Source: Centroscyllium fabricii
Taxonomy: Eukaryota
Assembly: GCA_051313645.2 (NCBI GenBank)
Contig: JBNRSN020000017.1
Location: forward strand, 38,750,001 to 38,814,000
Length of the DNA stretch: 64,000 nucleotides
Reading direction: 5' to 3'
In this document: positions 14,604 to 26,470 of the stretch, piece by piece
Layout of the letters: each line of letters begins with the position of its first letter
How positions within the stretch are numbered: the stretch's first letter is position 1
Made by a program: the position numbers and the translations under genes
Notes under the pieces: model-generated
Database searches by the model: none
The model's input: the letters and a program-made list of their open reading frames with translations, nothing else
What the model was told of the DNA's origin: nothing

Positions 14604-14670
14604 GGAAAGACACGAGCAGTCAATGGGCTATCGTAAACGAGGACCCAAGCCAAAACATCTACTGGTTCAG
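14604..14670 (+). CDS. CBX4: CBX4 exon 4 (ERHEQSMGYRKRGPKPKHLLVQ, AT-hook-like motif)
   Basis: Acceptor attacAG, 67 nt, donor GTAATA; RKRGPKPK motif typical of Pc-family proteins. Confidence 0.95.
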
Positions 14671-15687
14671 GTAATATCATCTGTCTAGTGCGATTTGATT
14701 TTGTTAAATATGAACCACATTGGAGCAATCTATCAAATATTATCTATTTTCCTGTAATCAAGGTGAATCCGGTTACATAAATGTATTCTCAGCCAAACTG
14801 TGTATACCTATTTAGAGCAGGCAATTGAGTAAAGCTCAGCGTAATGTTATGAAGTAACGTTGACACAGACCCTACAGAACAAGGGAGAATGTTGTTGATA
14901 GGCATAAATGGATCTAAGAAAACAGATGCTAAATTTGAGTATAAAATCACATGGATTTCTGTTTTTTTAACAATAACATTTGTTTTGAAAGTAACACATA
15001 CAACAAGTTTAGCTCTTCAAATGAAAAGTAGCAATTATATTAGATTACATCCTGCTACATGTGCTTCAATAGAATTGCCAATCTACAATGTTCCAAATTT
15101 GCAATACACAAATACATCTAAAACAACCAGGTACAAATCCAACTTTTATGGATTCATTAATGAATGGTCAGTGTCCAAAGCAACATTGGCAGTAACTAAC
15201 CAATCCCAGTGTTTCCTCTGCTGGGACACTAAATACAAGCTGATGTTGATTGGACATTTGGTGCTCAGAAATTAATAGATTAGTAAGAACTGTTGGGGTC
15301 TTGTGGAGGCCAGGAGCTTAGAAACATCGGCCAAGAAGGAATCAATGGTTGAGTCATCCCATGTCGCCAATGAGTTCCTCCTAAATGTATAGAGTGGACT
15401 GGCAAAGGAATAGGACTTGGTGATCGCCTGCCTGCCCCTTCAGCCTGGAACCTGCCAGGTGAGGAAAACAAAGCAAATAAAACAGTGAAAATGTAAATCC
15501 ATATTGCTTGGACCTTACTACACAGGTAACATAGCATACAAATCTCATGTTTCAGTGACCATTCAATATAGAAAGAGCTACTCTACAGATTTAAGTTGTG
15601 GTTTTGTCTTATAGTTAATTGATTATAGGTTACTTACTAGAATTTGAAATCCAAAATAATACTAATCTATTTATTCTTAATTTCCAG

Positions 15688-17073
15688 CTACCAGCTTTTG
15701 CACGACGTTCAAATGTCCCTTCGGAGCTACAGGATACTTATCTGGAAGAAGAGCGGTCAAAGAATGAAATCCAGCAGCAGCCCATCAAACGTCAATATCA
15801 ACTGAACAGTAAAAAGCTTCATCAGTACAAACCTTGTAACACTGAGGAACAACGTCAGCATCAAGCTACTAAACATTACTACCAACTCAATAGCAAAAAA
15901 CATCACCATTACCAACCGGACATCATGTATCCGAATCAGCCGGCCGATTCTCACCGGAGCGAAACTGAAGGAAATCAGGAACATCAATCCGCTCAGGAAC
16001 ACGAAGCACTGCACACTTTTATCAAGAGTGGAAATCGCACCCACGCCGCAGGCACGGCGAAGCCTGAGGTCAAGGAAATGGATTCGAAATCCAGGAATGG
16101 GTCAGAAATAGCCAAGGGAAGTGTGAAAAACAATGGCATGAATGGTAGAATGAAAATAGTGAAGAATAAAAACAAGAATGGCAGGATTGTAATAGTCATG
16201 AGCAAATATATGGATAATGGGATACAGTCAGCGAAAGATAAACACAGTAAGAGTGGGGATGGAGGGAATGAGTCAGTGGCAAGCAAGACTGGAGATCAGG
16301 AGCTATGGATAGTCAAAAATGAACATCGCAAAACTATGGTGGCAGAGGAAAGAGTAAAGAAGGCCAAGGATGATAATGTTGCAAATGGGTGGCAAGAGAC
16401 GATGAAGACTCGTAATGTAAACAAGGGGACAGAGGCCGAAAAGAATGGTTATATTAGGACTATGGTGGTTAAAGAGGCGGTAGTTTCAGCGCAGAATAAA
16501 AGTATGACCGGGGAGGGAGCGGCCACAGAAGGTAGCGAGACAGCAAGTGGGAAAGAGGCGAGGACACGGAAGGACAAACGCCCCTTGGTGGAGGAGCACA
16601 GTCAACAGCCACATTCGACGCGATGGGCTTGTGATTCGGAGGTCTCCAGCAGGGATGGGTTATACTCCAATTTCCCCCAGTCCAGAAAGCGCTATCTGTC
16701 AGAACCCATCGCCGACAGAGAGGCCAAAAAACCGGCCACCTGCAGGAGCATCAGTGTGCCGGGAAGCGCCGTCCAGCTGGACCAGGATGACCTCCTTGAG
16801 CTGCAGGCGGTCGATGGTTATCGGAATGAGGGTATCGATGATATTTTGGACTCCAATCCCGAGCAGCCAATCGATCTGAGCTGTGTAAAGTCCAGGCCAG
16901 CGCCTCCGAAGGCGGCGGCGCAGCAGGCAGAGCTTGAAGAGAAAGGGGAAACGGTTCAGGCAGAGCAGCAGTGTCCCTGGACTGGCCTCAAACCTTACCT
17001 CGGCAATCTGATTATCACAGATGTCACAGCGAACTGCCTCACCGTTACATTTAAGGAATACGTAACTGTGTGA
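15688..17073 (+). CDS. CBX4: CBX4 exon 5 (461 aa): duplicated YQLNSKK motif, SIM IVIV, CtBP-binding PIDLS, C-terminal Pc box ...IITDVTANCLTVTFKEYVTV
   Basis: Acceptor tttccAG at 15687, in frame with ORF 15619..17073; the Pc-box ending is CBX4-specific; exons join to 543 aa. Confidence 0.96.
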   Translation, partial: LPAFARRSNVPSELQDTYLEEERSKNEIQQQPIKRQYQLNSKKLHQYKPCNTEEQRQHQATKHYYQLNSKKHHHYQPDIMYPNQPADSHRSETEGNQEHQSAQEHEALHTFIKSGNRTHAAGTAKPEVKEMDSKSRNGSEIAKGSVKNNGMNGRMKIVKNKNKNGRIVIVMSKYMDNGIQSAKDKHSKSGDGGNESVASKTGDQELWIVKNEHRKTMVAEERVKKAKDDNVANGWQETMKTRNVNKGTEAEKNGYIRTMVVKEAVVSAQNKSMTGEGAATEGSETASGKEARTRKDKRPLVEEHSQQPHSTRWACDSEVSSRDGLYSNFPQSRKRYLSEPIADREAKKPATCRSISVPGSAVQLDQDDLLELQAVDGYRNEGIDDILDSNPEQPIDLSCVKSRPAPPKAAAQQAELEEKGETVQAEQQCPWTGLKPYLGNLIITDVTANCLTVTFKEYVTV

Positions 17074-18000
17074 AGGAAAGAGCTCTAGAAACCATGTAGA
17101 ATGAAATGAGAAATCCTTGGCGTGAATGCGCGCTTTAACCCAAATCTCCGTTCTTTAAATTGAAGAGTTCATGTGCGCGCAAATGTATTTATAAACGGGC
17201 ACATGAAATAAGCAGAAGTGAATTATGTGTTTGGAGACAGACTGGACGGACCCGCAGTAAAGGTCACTGCTTCCTTAAATCGGGATTTTTAATTTTTTTA
17301 AAGCAAGATCTGACACCTTAAATAATAAACACCACATTATGGATGTCTGATACATTGTTTAAATTTTTAATCCTATGTCAAATATAATGAATATTTGTGA
17401 TAACATGTGTGCTATTTAAATGTGCAGATTCTTTGTATTTCCTGTCTGTTTGATATTTCCGAAGCTGGCGGGCTTGTGCTGCTATGATAAAATTGTATTT
17501 TTTTTGTGCTTGAATGTAAATATGTGAAGAGCCTTTAACGCACCGTATTCGCTGTTGCAGCAGAGCGACAGTCAATCAGATAATAGGAGAATATTGATAT
17601 TCTGTTTTGTATCTACGGGACGCCATTTTTGATCTGGCGTGTATTATTACAGGCTGAACAGTGAATAGAAATTCTATGAAACAAGACTGAGTTATATTAT
17701 TAATTTGTGCCGCGCAATGTAAAGTTCAATATACTGTCATTGTGAAGTTACTCTCTCGAAGGACTCTTGGTACTATTTCCGAGTGAATGAAGTGATGTAA
17801 CTTTTGGAGCTGCCTTTGACATCTCACTGCACATATTTTAAAGTAACATTTTATTGAGAAAAAAAAGTAATTCTGCGAGTCGCTGTGGTTACCAGCTGGC
17901 GTCATTTCTCGGAAACCACACATGAGTCACGTTGACGAACTGTGCAGATTAAAATAGTCAAGGAGGCAACATCCTGTGACTTGAGTGAAATAAATGTACA
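17074..18000 (+). other. CBX4 3' UTR (approximate)
   Basis: AT-rich sequence after the stop with candidate AATAAA at 17324 and ~17989 and a Pumilio-type TGTAAATA at 17515; true end unknown. Confidence 0.45.
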
Positions 18001-18325
18001 TCAAAGTATCATTGCTCCTCAGACCTCTGACCCGGGACTGCTTCTTCACAGAGTATGTCATCAAAGTGACTGTTCGCAGACTTCTCGGGGTATTTATCTG
18101 GAAATCCAATTATTAGAAATACGTGTCTATCTTCATACTAAAAAAAAGACGACCGTTTCTCCTAACTGATCATAAAACTATCTTAAAAAAAAACCTCACT
18201 AATACCCACGTTGCGTTATAAATACAAATCCACAAACAAAAGATTTTTGGTTAGGGTTTAAAAAAATATATTTTGGAGTATTTTACAGTTTTCATTTTAG
18301 AGCTTCAAGATACCTATTCCATTTA

Positions 18326-18596
18326 TGCAAGAAGTCACACAACACCAGATTATAGTCCCAACGGTTTTATTTTAAATCACAAGCTTTCGGAGCTTCTGCC
18401 CCTTCGTCAGGCGAAAGAGAGTCTGACTTAAAGAACGCACATGTGTGATGAAGAGAGAAATCTGATATCTCCCACATCTCACCTCCATACTCCGAAAGCT
18501 TGTGATTTAAAATAAAACCGTTGGACTATAATCTGGTGTTGTGTGACTTCTTGCATTTGTCCACCCCAGTCCAACACCGGCACCTCCACATTATGG
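18326..18596 (+). mobile_element. Penelope-like fold-back insertion, copy A
   Basis: Inverted arms plus unpaired tail ...TGTCCACCCCAGTCCAACACCGGCACCTCCACAT; 12-bp TSD CTATTCCATTTA at 18314-18325 and 18597-18608. Confidence 0.85.
18377..18414 (-). ncRNA. Minimal type-I hammerhead ribozyme motif (copy A)
   Basis: Minus strand UCGC-CUGACGA-AGGGGC AGAA GCUCC-GAAA-GCUU-GUGA. Confidence 0.75.
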
Positions 18597-21339
18597 CTAT
18601 TCCATTTAGCTCAGTGCCATAGGTAGAAAGCGGGTCGGTGGCGATCTGTGATTGTGGGAGTGCTTTCGGACCAGCACGGTCCAAGAGTTCTCAGGCGCCG
18701 TCTCAAAAAGAGGACATTAATTGTGTTATCATCTTTAATATTCGTCAATGAAAGGCGGTCGCAGTTTTAGTGCTGCGAGCTGGTGGTTTGATGTAAGGTG
18801 TTATTGGAGTACATTGTGAGCTGTTGTATCAACCTTCACACTGCGAATACATTTGGATGGGATTTTCAACTGAACCGAATTTGGTCAGATGCCCCCCAAA
18901 ATAATAAACCGGGAGAAAGAAGTAAGCAAGATATTTGGGCTCAAGTTGATCCCAGGATGACACGCCTGGGAGGCGGCAGTCAGTAGATCACATGTGACAG
19001 ACTTGGCAACTTCACAGGTGAGTAGAGTTTGGAGTCTCACAAAGTACTGCCGATGACTGGCCAACCAGTTTGCTTTATTCGCGGCCTCTGAAGCAGTAAG
19101 CTTGGGGGATTCTTGTCACTTTGCTCCAGATAACAGTAAGCTGGCCTTACCGTAGACAAGCAGCGGGGATCGTACCAGCGCGTTGTGGCAGCTTGCGTGA
19201 CTTTAGCCATTTATACTCCACAAATATGTCTACACGTGCTTGGCACTACCTAAGTCTGGCTGAGGCCAACCTGTGTCCGAATGCTCTCTCCTTGGATGTG
19301 TTCTTAGGGGGAGGCGAATGAGCATTCCATATCAGACAAATGGAAAATACAGCCGTTTGGTTGGGCGATATGATGCTGGCTATATCAGACAGGTGTCTGA
19401 GCAGAAAATATGGCATTTTCAACCAAACCCAATTTAAAATGAGAAGTATAGCGAGAATAGGCAAAGCCACATCCGACACAGCAAAGCAGGAGGACCAACC
19501 TGTGGCCACTAACCCTTGACAGTCTGACTCTTCAGGCCCCACAGTCGTGTATATTTCTTATTTCCTGGTTTGTCCTGTTTGAATTTTGTGAATCTGGAGA
19601 TTTGCAAAGGGCTGTTTCAATGATAGTGCTTTATTGGTGCACAAATCCTAAACCCGAACACCAACACCCATTAACATGAGCAGCTTGAGATACTGAAAAT
19701 GAATAAGAACAAGGGCGTAATCTTTCTCTGTGACTCCTAAGGCTCTGTGCTAGGGTCTCTGCTGTCCAGGAAGATAAAAACTCGGATTCTACCATTATCA
19801 ACACAATAGAAATAATCTACCATCGTCGATCCTTCTTTGGAAAGCCAAATATACATTTGATAATGACACACCGAATCGTGTTGCGACACTGGCAGAAAGA
19901 AGACACTGGCTGAACGTTGCCTCCAGTATTTCCTTTTGTAAGAGGCTTGACTTTGATTTCTGATTGTAAAACTGCAGCTCTGCTAATCCATTGTGTGGGG
20001 CTCAAAGGGCTTTGAACAACTGAATCGCTTTTATATAACACATTCGGTGCATCCTAATAATAAACAAGCTTACAATAGCTGTACTTTCTAAATCTAGAAC
20101 AATTGGCATTATCCGGGAGTCTCCTGTTGAACTATATTTTCTTTTGCACTAATCACCTCCAGCCATCTCGTCACTGCGCCGAATATAGAAAAAACTATCC
20201 CGTTTGTGGATCTGTTGGATGCCAATGGTCTGACGAAGATTCCCAGGAGGTGATGTGGGACGGGGACTGGGGAAGACTGATGCCATCCAGCCTTCCAGTT
20301 GGCCGTACACTCAATTGAAACCAATTGTCAAAGCAGGTGGCTTTTGGGGTAATTCAGTGGAGAGGCGGTGGATGGTTCGGTGAGGACACCAAAGTGTGAA
20401 ATGATGGTTCAGTGAGACGACTAGGGTTGCTGTTGGGTTGAAAATGAACAGTGCAAGGTAAAAACGAAACAACTGCAAACCTACTCTTATTGTATAAAGG
20501 TGAATGGTGGGACTCCTCTGTGGTTCGGGAAATAGACATTCTACATTTCCCAGCAGCTTATGAGTAACTGAACTGTACTTTCAGATTGAGCTCAGATCAC
20601 GAGTGAACACTCGCGTCTCTCATGAGATCATCTCAAACAATATCACTGTGCGGATGTTTGAGATTGTGTACGCTTGATTAGCGTTTATGTATCATGGGAC
20701 TATGAATGTTTCGCTGTATATATATGTGTACACACTCTCTCAATAATCTCTTGAACATTTTATAATATCTTGATCTATTCCAGCAGATTTTAACGGGAGT
20801 TTTGATATTCCGAATGAAGTGACACACTTTCTGAGTCTCTTACGTTACTGTCTGCACACGGGTCAAGTGTGACACGGATAGATTGCTAATTTTACAAAAA
20901 CACTGCAATGTGGGTACTTAGCGCGTTTTTAGAATATTTGTTTCTAACCGATTTAAATCTAAATGTCTTCACAGAACCACCTTTCTTGATTACCTGGAAT
21001 CGGCCTGTTCAAATTTTCATCAATAAAATGGACGAAAGGCGGCGCGTTAATAAATAGAAGCTCGGATTTTGCCAAATATAGTCTCTGAAGCCGGAGGCGA
21101 ACATGTTTACGATGCTCTGCAAAACGAGGGCGGGCGGTGTCGTGAAAAAAAAACCTGCTGCTGATTTTGTTTCTATATATCATGTGTTCAGTCTGGTTAT
21201 CTAAATAATAATTAAAGATTGCATTTATATAGCGTCTTCAGGACTCCCGAAGGCGCTTCATTCACACTGGTGTGAATTCGAGAGTCAATTCGGGCGCGAT
21301 TTCCCACTAAAAGCAAATCAGAAGACCAGTTAATATTAA

Positions 21340-21585
21340 ACAAAGGCAAAATACTACGGATGCTGGAAATCTGAAATAAAAAACGGAAAATGCTTTTGTC
21401 ATTTAATCTCTCCTGCTTCCGCCGTCTCCCCGTCTGTCCTTTCCTCCCCCGCCCCCCCCCACCACTCCCCTGTCTCTGTACTTGATTAAAATCACTACAC
21501 ATCTCCAACTTTCTCCAGTTCTGATGAAAGGTCATCGACCTGAAACGTTAACTCTGTTTTTCTCTCCACAGATGCTGCCTAGCCG
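21340..21585 (+). mobile_element. Hammerhead-bearing repeat, family 2 (probably Penelope-derived), with inverted 3'-end fragment
   Basis: AAAATACTACGGATGCTGGAAATCTGAAATAAAAAACGGAAAATGC (~21348-21394) is approximately the reverse complement of the 3' end of the copy at 25855-26146. Confidence 0.7.
21517..21553 (+). ncRNA. Minimal type-I hammerhead ribozyme motif (family 2)
   Basis: AGUU-CUGAUGA-AAGGUC AUC GACCU-GAAA-CGUU-AACU: intact core, stems I and II, palindromic AACGUU stem III. Confidence 0.8.
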
Positions 21586-24489
21586 GTTAATCTGTACTGG
21601 TTGAGGGAAGATTGTTGACCAGAGCATTTGCTGTTCTGGAATTTCTGGCAGGTTTAACCTGGGAAAGAGGGTTCGCGGACGATGCGGCACTCCCACCGGG
21701 ACTGCACTGGGGCATCAACACAGTCTCCCGGCTCAGGGGCGACTTATACAAGGAGACTGTCACAGTTCAGGAGTCAAGTCTACATCGCAGTTGTGCAATT
21801 TATAAAGTCTCTCTCCCTGGACTGAACATGATTTGTACAGACTAAAACTTCCGGCCAAGACGAATGAACTGTCAGGCGGGGATGTAAAACTGTAAACATT
21901 TCCTAAATTAGTCTGTGGGGGATCACGAGGCTGTGTTTATGGCACCATTTCCTGGAATGGACAAGGGCGAGAACACGCTGGGGGATAAACACGTGGCTGA
22001 AGTGAGATGACACCAATAAACACGAACAAGCCCCGCAGTCCCGGGGGTGTGGCGGGCGGTCGGTCTCTTGACCAGCCGGTGTCTACAAGGCGTTCAAAAG
22101 CGGCCTCCGGCTCACTGAGCACCCGAATGGCAAGGCCCCCATTCTCCATTGGGCAGGGTCTCCCGCCCACAATTCATGGGGTCGTTCAGTCCATCCACGC
22201 AGTCCCTGTTTCTGATTCACACGCTTAAATGGGTGGCTTGCTCAAGCACTGCTGTCCTGCCTCCCCATCGTGGCCCCAAACACCAGTTTCTGCAGGATGC
22301 CCCACCGATTCTCAACTGCAACCGTGTTCTTCTGTAACCCTGGGTGTAAACTAGGCTCCGGCTATTCTCCCTCTCCCTGTATATATAAATAAATAATATA
22401 TATATTCCTTGTACATATTTAAAGTTTGAGCTTTCATACTAGGTGGCGATTCATTGGCATTCCCTTGGTGAGAGGACATTCCTCCAAACTCCTGTTTCTA
22501 GCCCAGATTTTAGACATTTTGCAATCGTGCTTTCTTGTTTCACGGAAACCATTGATGGTTTCTATTGTAACCCTCTGTCCTCACAATAGTGCTCCAACAC
22601 CCTTCCTCCCCGCAGCCTGACAAAAAATCGAATGTTTTCAGAACGCAAATCTGGGACCCATCCAGATTCTCTTCATCTGGACTCCCACCTAATCGGTGAG
22701 CGGAGCGGATACATTGGCCGAACTGTGGCCCCGGCCGAGGCATCGCCCGGCTAATGTTGCCGTTTATAGAAATCACCATCATTTTTATGCATGTTAGGAC
22801 CCGAAGTAACTTCACTGCCGAGGTCCCTGTTGCTCAGACACGGGCTGTGTTGGAAGATCGGCCGCCATATTTCGGTCTGAAGGTATCTGTCTGCAATCAG
22901 AATAGCGAGGCTTTCAAATGGGGCAGGGGCTGGATCGCTCTATAATATACCGCACGAAATGTCCTTCACCTAATTATCAATATTAACGAGACGATCTTTC
23001 TAGCAATGATGCACTTTGCTGGATTTGTAATCGTGTAACAGTCGTTTACTGGTTTCAATGGAAACCGCTGACCAGCGCGAATTCCACCACACTGGAACAA
23101 TGGACGGCCAGCTCCGCCGCAGCTGGCTTCTGTTTCCATCTCCAGCCATTTACTGGGGGTGTAAACTTGTTTTGATCATTTTTTTCCCCAATCACCGTCT
23201 GTTGGAAATATAGATCCTTGTCCATGCAAAGCTGCCACTGTTATAGTGGCATTGTGAGATGGCTGTTGAATAATCAGTGAGTGCTCTGGGCGGTTAAGGT
23301 TGGTTTGTTTTAAGTTAAAAATAACACCGTGTTCAAAGACAATTTTGATTTTCAGACAATTGCCCTCGATTGGTTCATGTTTTGTAGATGTCCTTTTCAT
23401 ACATAGTGGACATTTCACGTTGACGTTGATGATTAAATCCACATGTAAATGTTCATAAACAATGCCTCGGCAAACCTTTCAGCCGCTTCTTTCTAAGAGA
23501 ATGGTTATCCCACACCAAAGTAAGGTAACCCGAACCCGAACCCTGGAAGCAACCGGACCCTAAGAACACACATGGAACGAAACTATTTGCAAACGACTGT
23601 ACTGCTAAAACTCGTGGCAATTCTGATTTGACTTCACTTTACATCACATTTGTATGGAAACGATTTCATTCATAGGACAGCTTAATGTCAAATAAAATTA
23701 ATGGGTCAGACTTTTTAAATTCCCTTTTTGTAATAAACGAAGTTGTACAATAAAGCAAGCGCTCACTGCAATACCTGTAAAAGTCAATGATGGAACCATA
23801 GTTCAGTTGCTAGAAGATTCTCAAATGCTATAAATTGAACCTTGTATAGAAAGTGAGATTATAGTTACCCGATTGGGAAATCTTTACTCCTGTATAACTG
23901 AGCCTGATGTACATCTGATGAATAATCAAAAGCGGTATATATCGTATGATATATGCGTAGTATATATCTGAGTTATAAATGCAGTAACCTATAGCTGAAC
24001 CATACTGTGTATCTCTGGTATATTATATATCTGTAGTAAATATATAGTTGAGGTATACTATATATTAGAGGTGAAGTATACTGTATATCTATGATATATG
24101 TACATAATGTCAGATTTGGTACTGCATCTTAGTTCAACAATGCTTGTCAATCTACTATGTCTATTGCACCTGGCAGCTTGACCAGTTGAAGCATGCCAAA
24201 CCAATTTGACCTCTGCTGGTGTCTTCTGTAAATCCAGTTCAACCACCAAGATTACCATCAAATTGTATTCATGGTAAGTCTGTCAGAGTCTCTTCTCTCT
24301 GGTTCCATTGGTATCCATCCCATTGTCCTCAAAATAAGGGTTTCTTGTGCTATTCCATCTTTTCAATTTCTCTTACTCCCAGTCCACCTGCCTTCTCTTT
24401 GGAAATTTAATAATATTCACCCTATCCTTTCTAATCTCTGCTCAATTGCCCTTAAATTGATACTTTCAAAATTTATGTAAGCTACTATT

Positions 24490-25440
24490 AACGCCCAAAT
24501 TATCCATCACTTGGAAAGTTCTGGCCTAATGCATGAATACCAGCATCCACAATACACTTGTGATCTTGACACCTATGATGTGCACATCTGGAGCTCTAAT
24601 CTTCAATACTTTGGTGAATAATCTGTTATTGTCTTTGATATTTCCAAAGCCTCTGACAGGGTTTTGCAACATGCACCTCTAAACAAGTTACCCTCACATG
24701 CCCATCATATGGCCCAACACCAACGCTATGATAATGCTTATCAAGTTTTCTCTTTGATCACTTTCTGTGATATAGTTGATGATCCATACTCTCACTGCCT
24801 TTGATGGTACCACCCTGTGTCCTTCTTCATTTATTGACATTGTTGTCCTCAGCAATATCTTTTGATCTCAATATCCTCTGAACTCCCATCTCCATAACTG
24901 TCAAAGCTGCCTCCAGAAGCCCAGTTTCTTCCTTTAAGCCCTAAACTTTTCTTATTCTCAACAACTCAACTCTCTATAAAAAGCCCTTGACCTTCCAAGA
25001 ATTGAATATTTGGTAAGAATGTTCTCGTATATTCTTTGACAGGATACCAGAAAGAGTTTTTAAACTGGTACACAATTTCTCCTCTTTCAGCCACCAAGCT
25101 CTCTCTTTCTATTCTAACAATTTTGTCTTTCTCTATTTTATCAATACTAATATGATCGGTGCTCCTTAAAACTTTCTACCATTGTTTCTCCAAAGCACTA
25201 AATATGCCTGTATATATTCTTGGTTTACTGTTTATCTGTGCACAGTGTGGTGAATCGAATTCATTCTTTTCCAGCACCTCAGTGCTATGGAACTAATGAT
25301 CTCCTCTGCCCATCCATCCTTCTAAAATATTCAGACTTGCAAAATCCAAGCTTGGTTTAACTTACATTTGATCTCATAGTTTGCCTTGTCTTTGTATTCT
25401 TTCCCACCTTGGTGATGTCCGGCACTTTAGGCCTGGGCCT
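24490..25440 (+). pseudogene. Highly decayed non-LTR retrotransposon RT fragment
   Basis: Around 24625-24690 translates as VIVFDISKASDRV..HAPLNKL, resembling the RT motif LDISKAFDRVWH..LL.KL; boundaries approximate. Confidence 0.45.
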
Positions 25441-25519
25441 AACATGGTTTCTAATTTTGTTGTAAAATATCGGAGATGAATGTATACATGTTATATTTTA
25501 TATGGCACGTTATGGTTTC

Positions 25520-25855
25520 TGAAAGTGGTTCAAGTACAACGAGTTACTTTCCTGTGGTGACCATTATTGTTCGCACAGCTGCAGGAACAGCAGTGAGATA
25601 ACGGACCAGTTAATCTGGTTGATGATACTGGTTGAAGGAAAAGCATTGGCTACCAGGGGAAATCCCTACTTTGCCTTCAAATAGTATCAGAGATCTTTAA
25701 CCTGGACAAGTAGACAAGACCTCTCAACCAAAGGGCAGCATCTCCATTACGGCAGTCCTTTCAGTGATGCACTGCCTCGTCAGTCCAGATTATCTGCTTC
25801 GTTGCTCGAGTGGGCCTGGAACCCACCACCTTCTGATCAGAAGAGCTGTTCACAC
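25520..25855 (-). mobile_element. Decayed Deu-domain SINE (SacSINE1/AmnSINE1-like)
   Basis: Colinear with the 35058-35390 copy (..CTTCAAATAGTATCAGAGATCTTTAAC..); reverse tRNA head GAACCCACCACCTTCTGA. Confidence 0.55.
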
Positions 25856-26146
25856 CTATCCAGAGCCACCCTCTGTTCCTTCAATTTCTCCTAATATCTC
25901 TGACCTTCCCCGCCTTCTAGCCTGTCGCTGATCTTTCCTTTGATCTTTCAGTCCCTCCCCCTTTCCCCAGCCCCTACAAGCTTTAAAATCTATCCCCCCA
26001 CCCTCTCCTGGCTTCTCCAGTTCTGAAGAAAGGTCATCGACCTGAAATGTCAACTCTGTTTCTCTCTCCACCGATGCTGCCTGGCTTGCTGAGTTTCTCC
26101 TGCGTTTTCTGTTTTTTCGGATTTCCAGCATCCGCAGGATTTTGCT
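25855..26146 (+). mobile_element. Hammerhead-bearing repeat, family 2, second copy
   Basis: Pyrimidine-rich leader, hammerhead motif, then CTCTGTTTCTCTCTCCACCGATGCTGCC..GATTTCCAGCATCCGCAG; homologous to 21340-21585. Confidence 0.7.
26019..26055 (+). ncRNA. Minimal type-I hammerhead ribozyme motif (family 2)
   Basis: AGUU-CUGAAGA-AAGGUC AUC GACCU-GAAA-UGUC-AACU; GUC cleavage triplet, stem III altered by a CpG transition. Confidence 0.7.
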
Positions 26147-26250
26147 ATCACAAAACTATTCCCAATTGATCCAAGCTGACATTGACCGACCCGGGATATC
26201 TGAGTTATATCTGCGGTGGACTGTGAATCTACACTGTTTGCATATCTGTT

Positions 26251-26470
26251 GATGTGGAGGTGCCGGTGTTGGACTGGGGTGGACAAATGTAAGAAGTCAC
26301 ACAACACCAGCTTATAGTCCAACAGCTTTATTTGAAATCACAAGCTTTCGGAGCGCTGCTCCTTCGTCAGGTGAAGTGAAGAGATGCACATAGGCACAGA
26401 CGATATAGTCAGAAAACAATTTCAAATAAAACTGTTGGACTATAAGCTGGTGTTGTGTGACTTCTTACAA
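26251..26470 (-). mobile_element. Penelope-like fold-back insertion, copy B
   Basis: Tail at left, inverted arms; near-identical TSD TTGCATATCTGTTG (26238-26251) and TTGCATTATCTGTTG (26471-26485). Confidence 0.85.
26338..26374 (-). ncRNA. Minimal type-I hammerhead ribozyme motif (copy B)
   Basis: Minus strand UCAC-CUGACGA-AGGAGC AGC GCUCC-GAAA-GCUU-GUGA. Confidence 0.8.

Noticed and set aside
14889-15275. 128-aa ORF in CBX4 intron 4
   Set aside because: AT-rich, no recognisable motif; likely chance
15619-15687. N-terminal 23 aa of the 484-aa ORF
   Set aside because: Intronic sequence before the acceptor at 15687; starts at TTG
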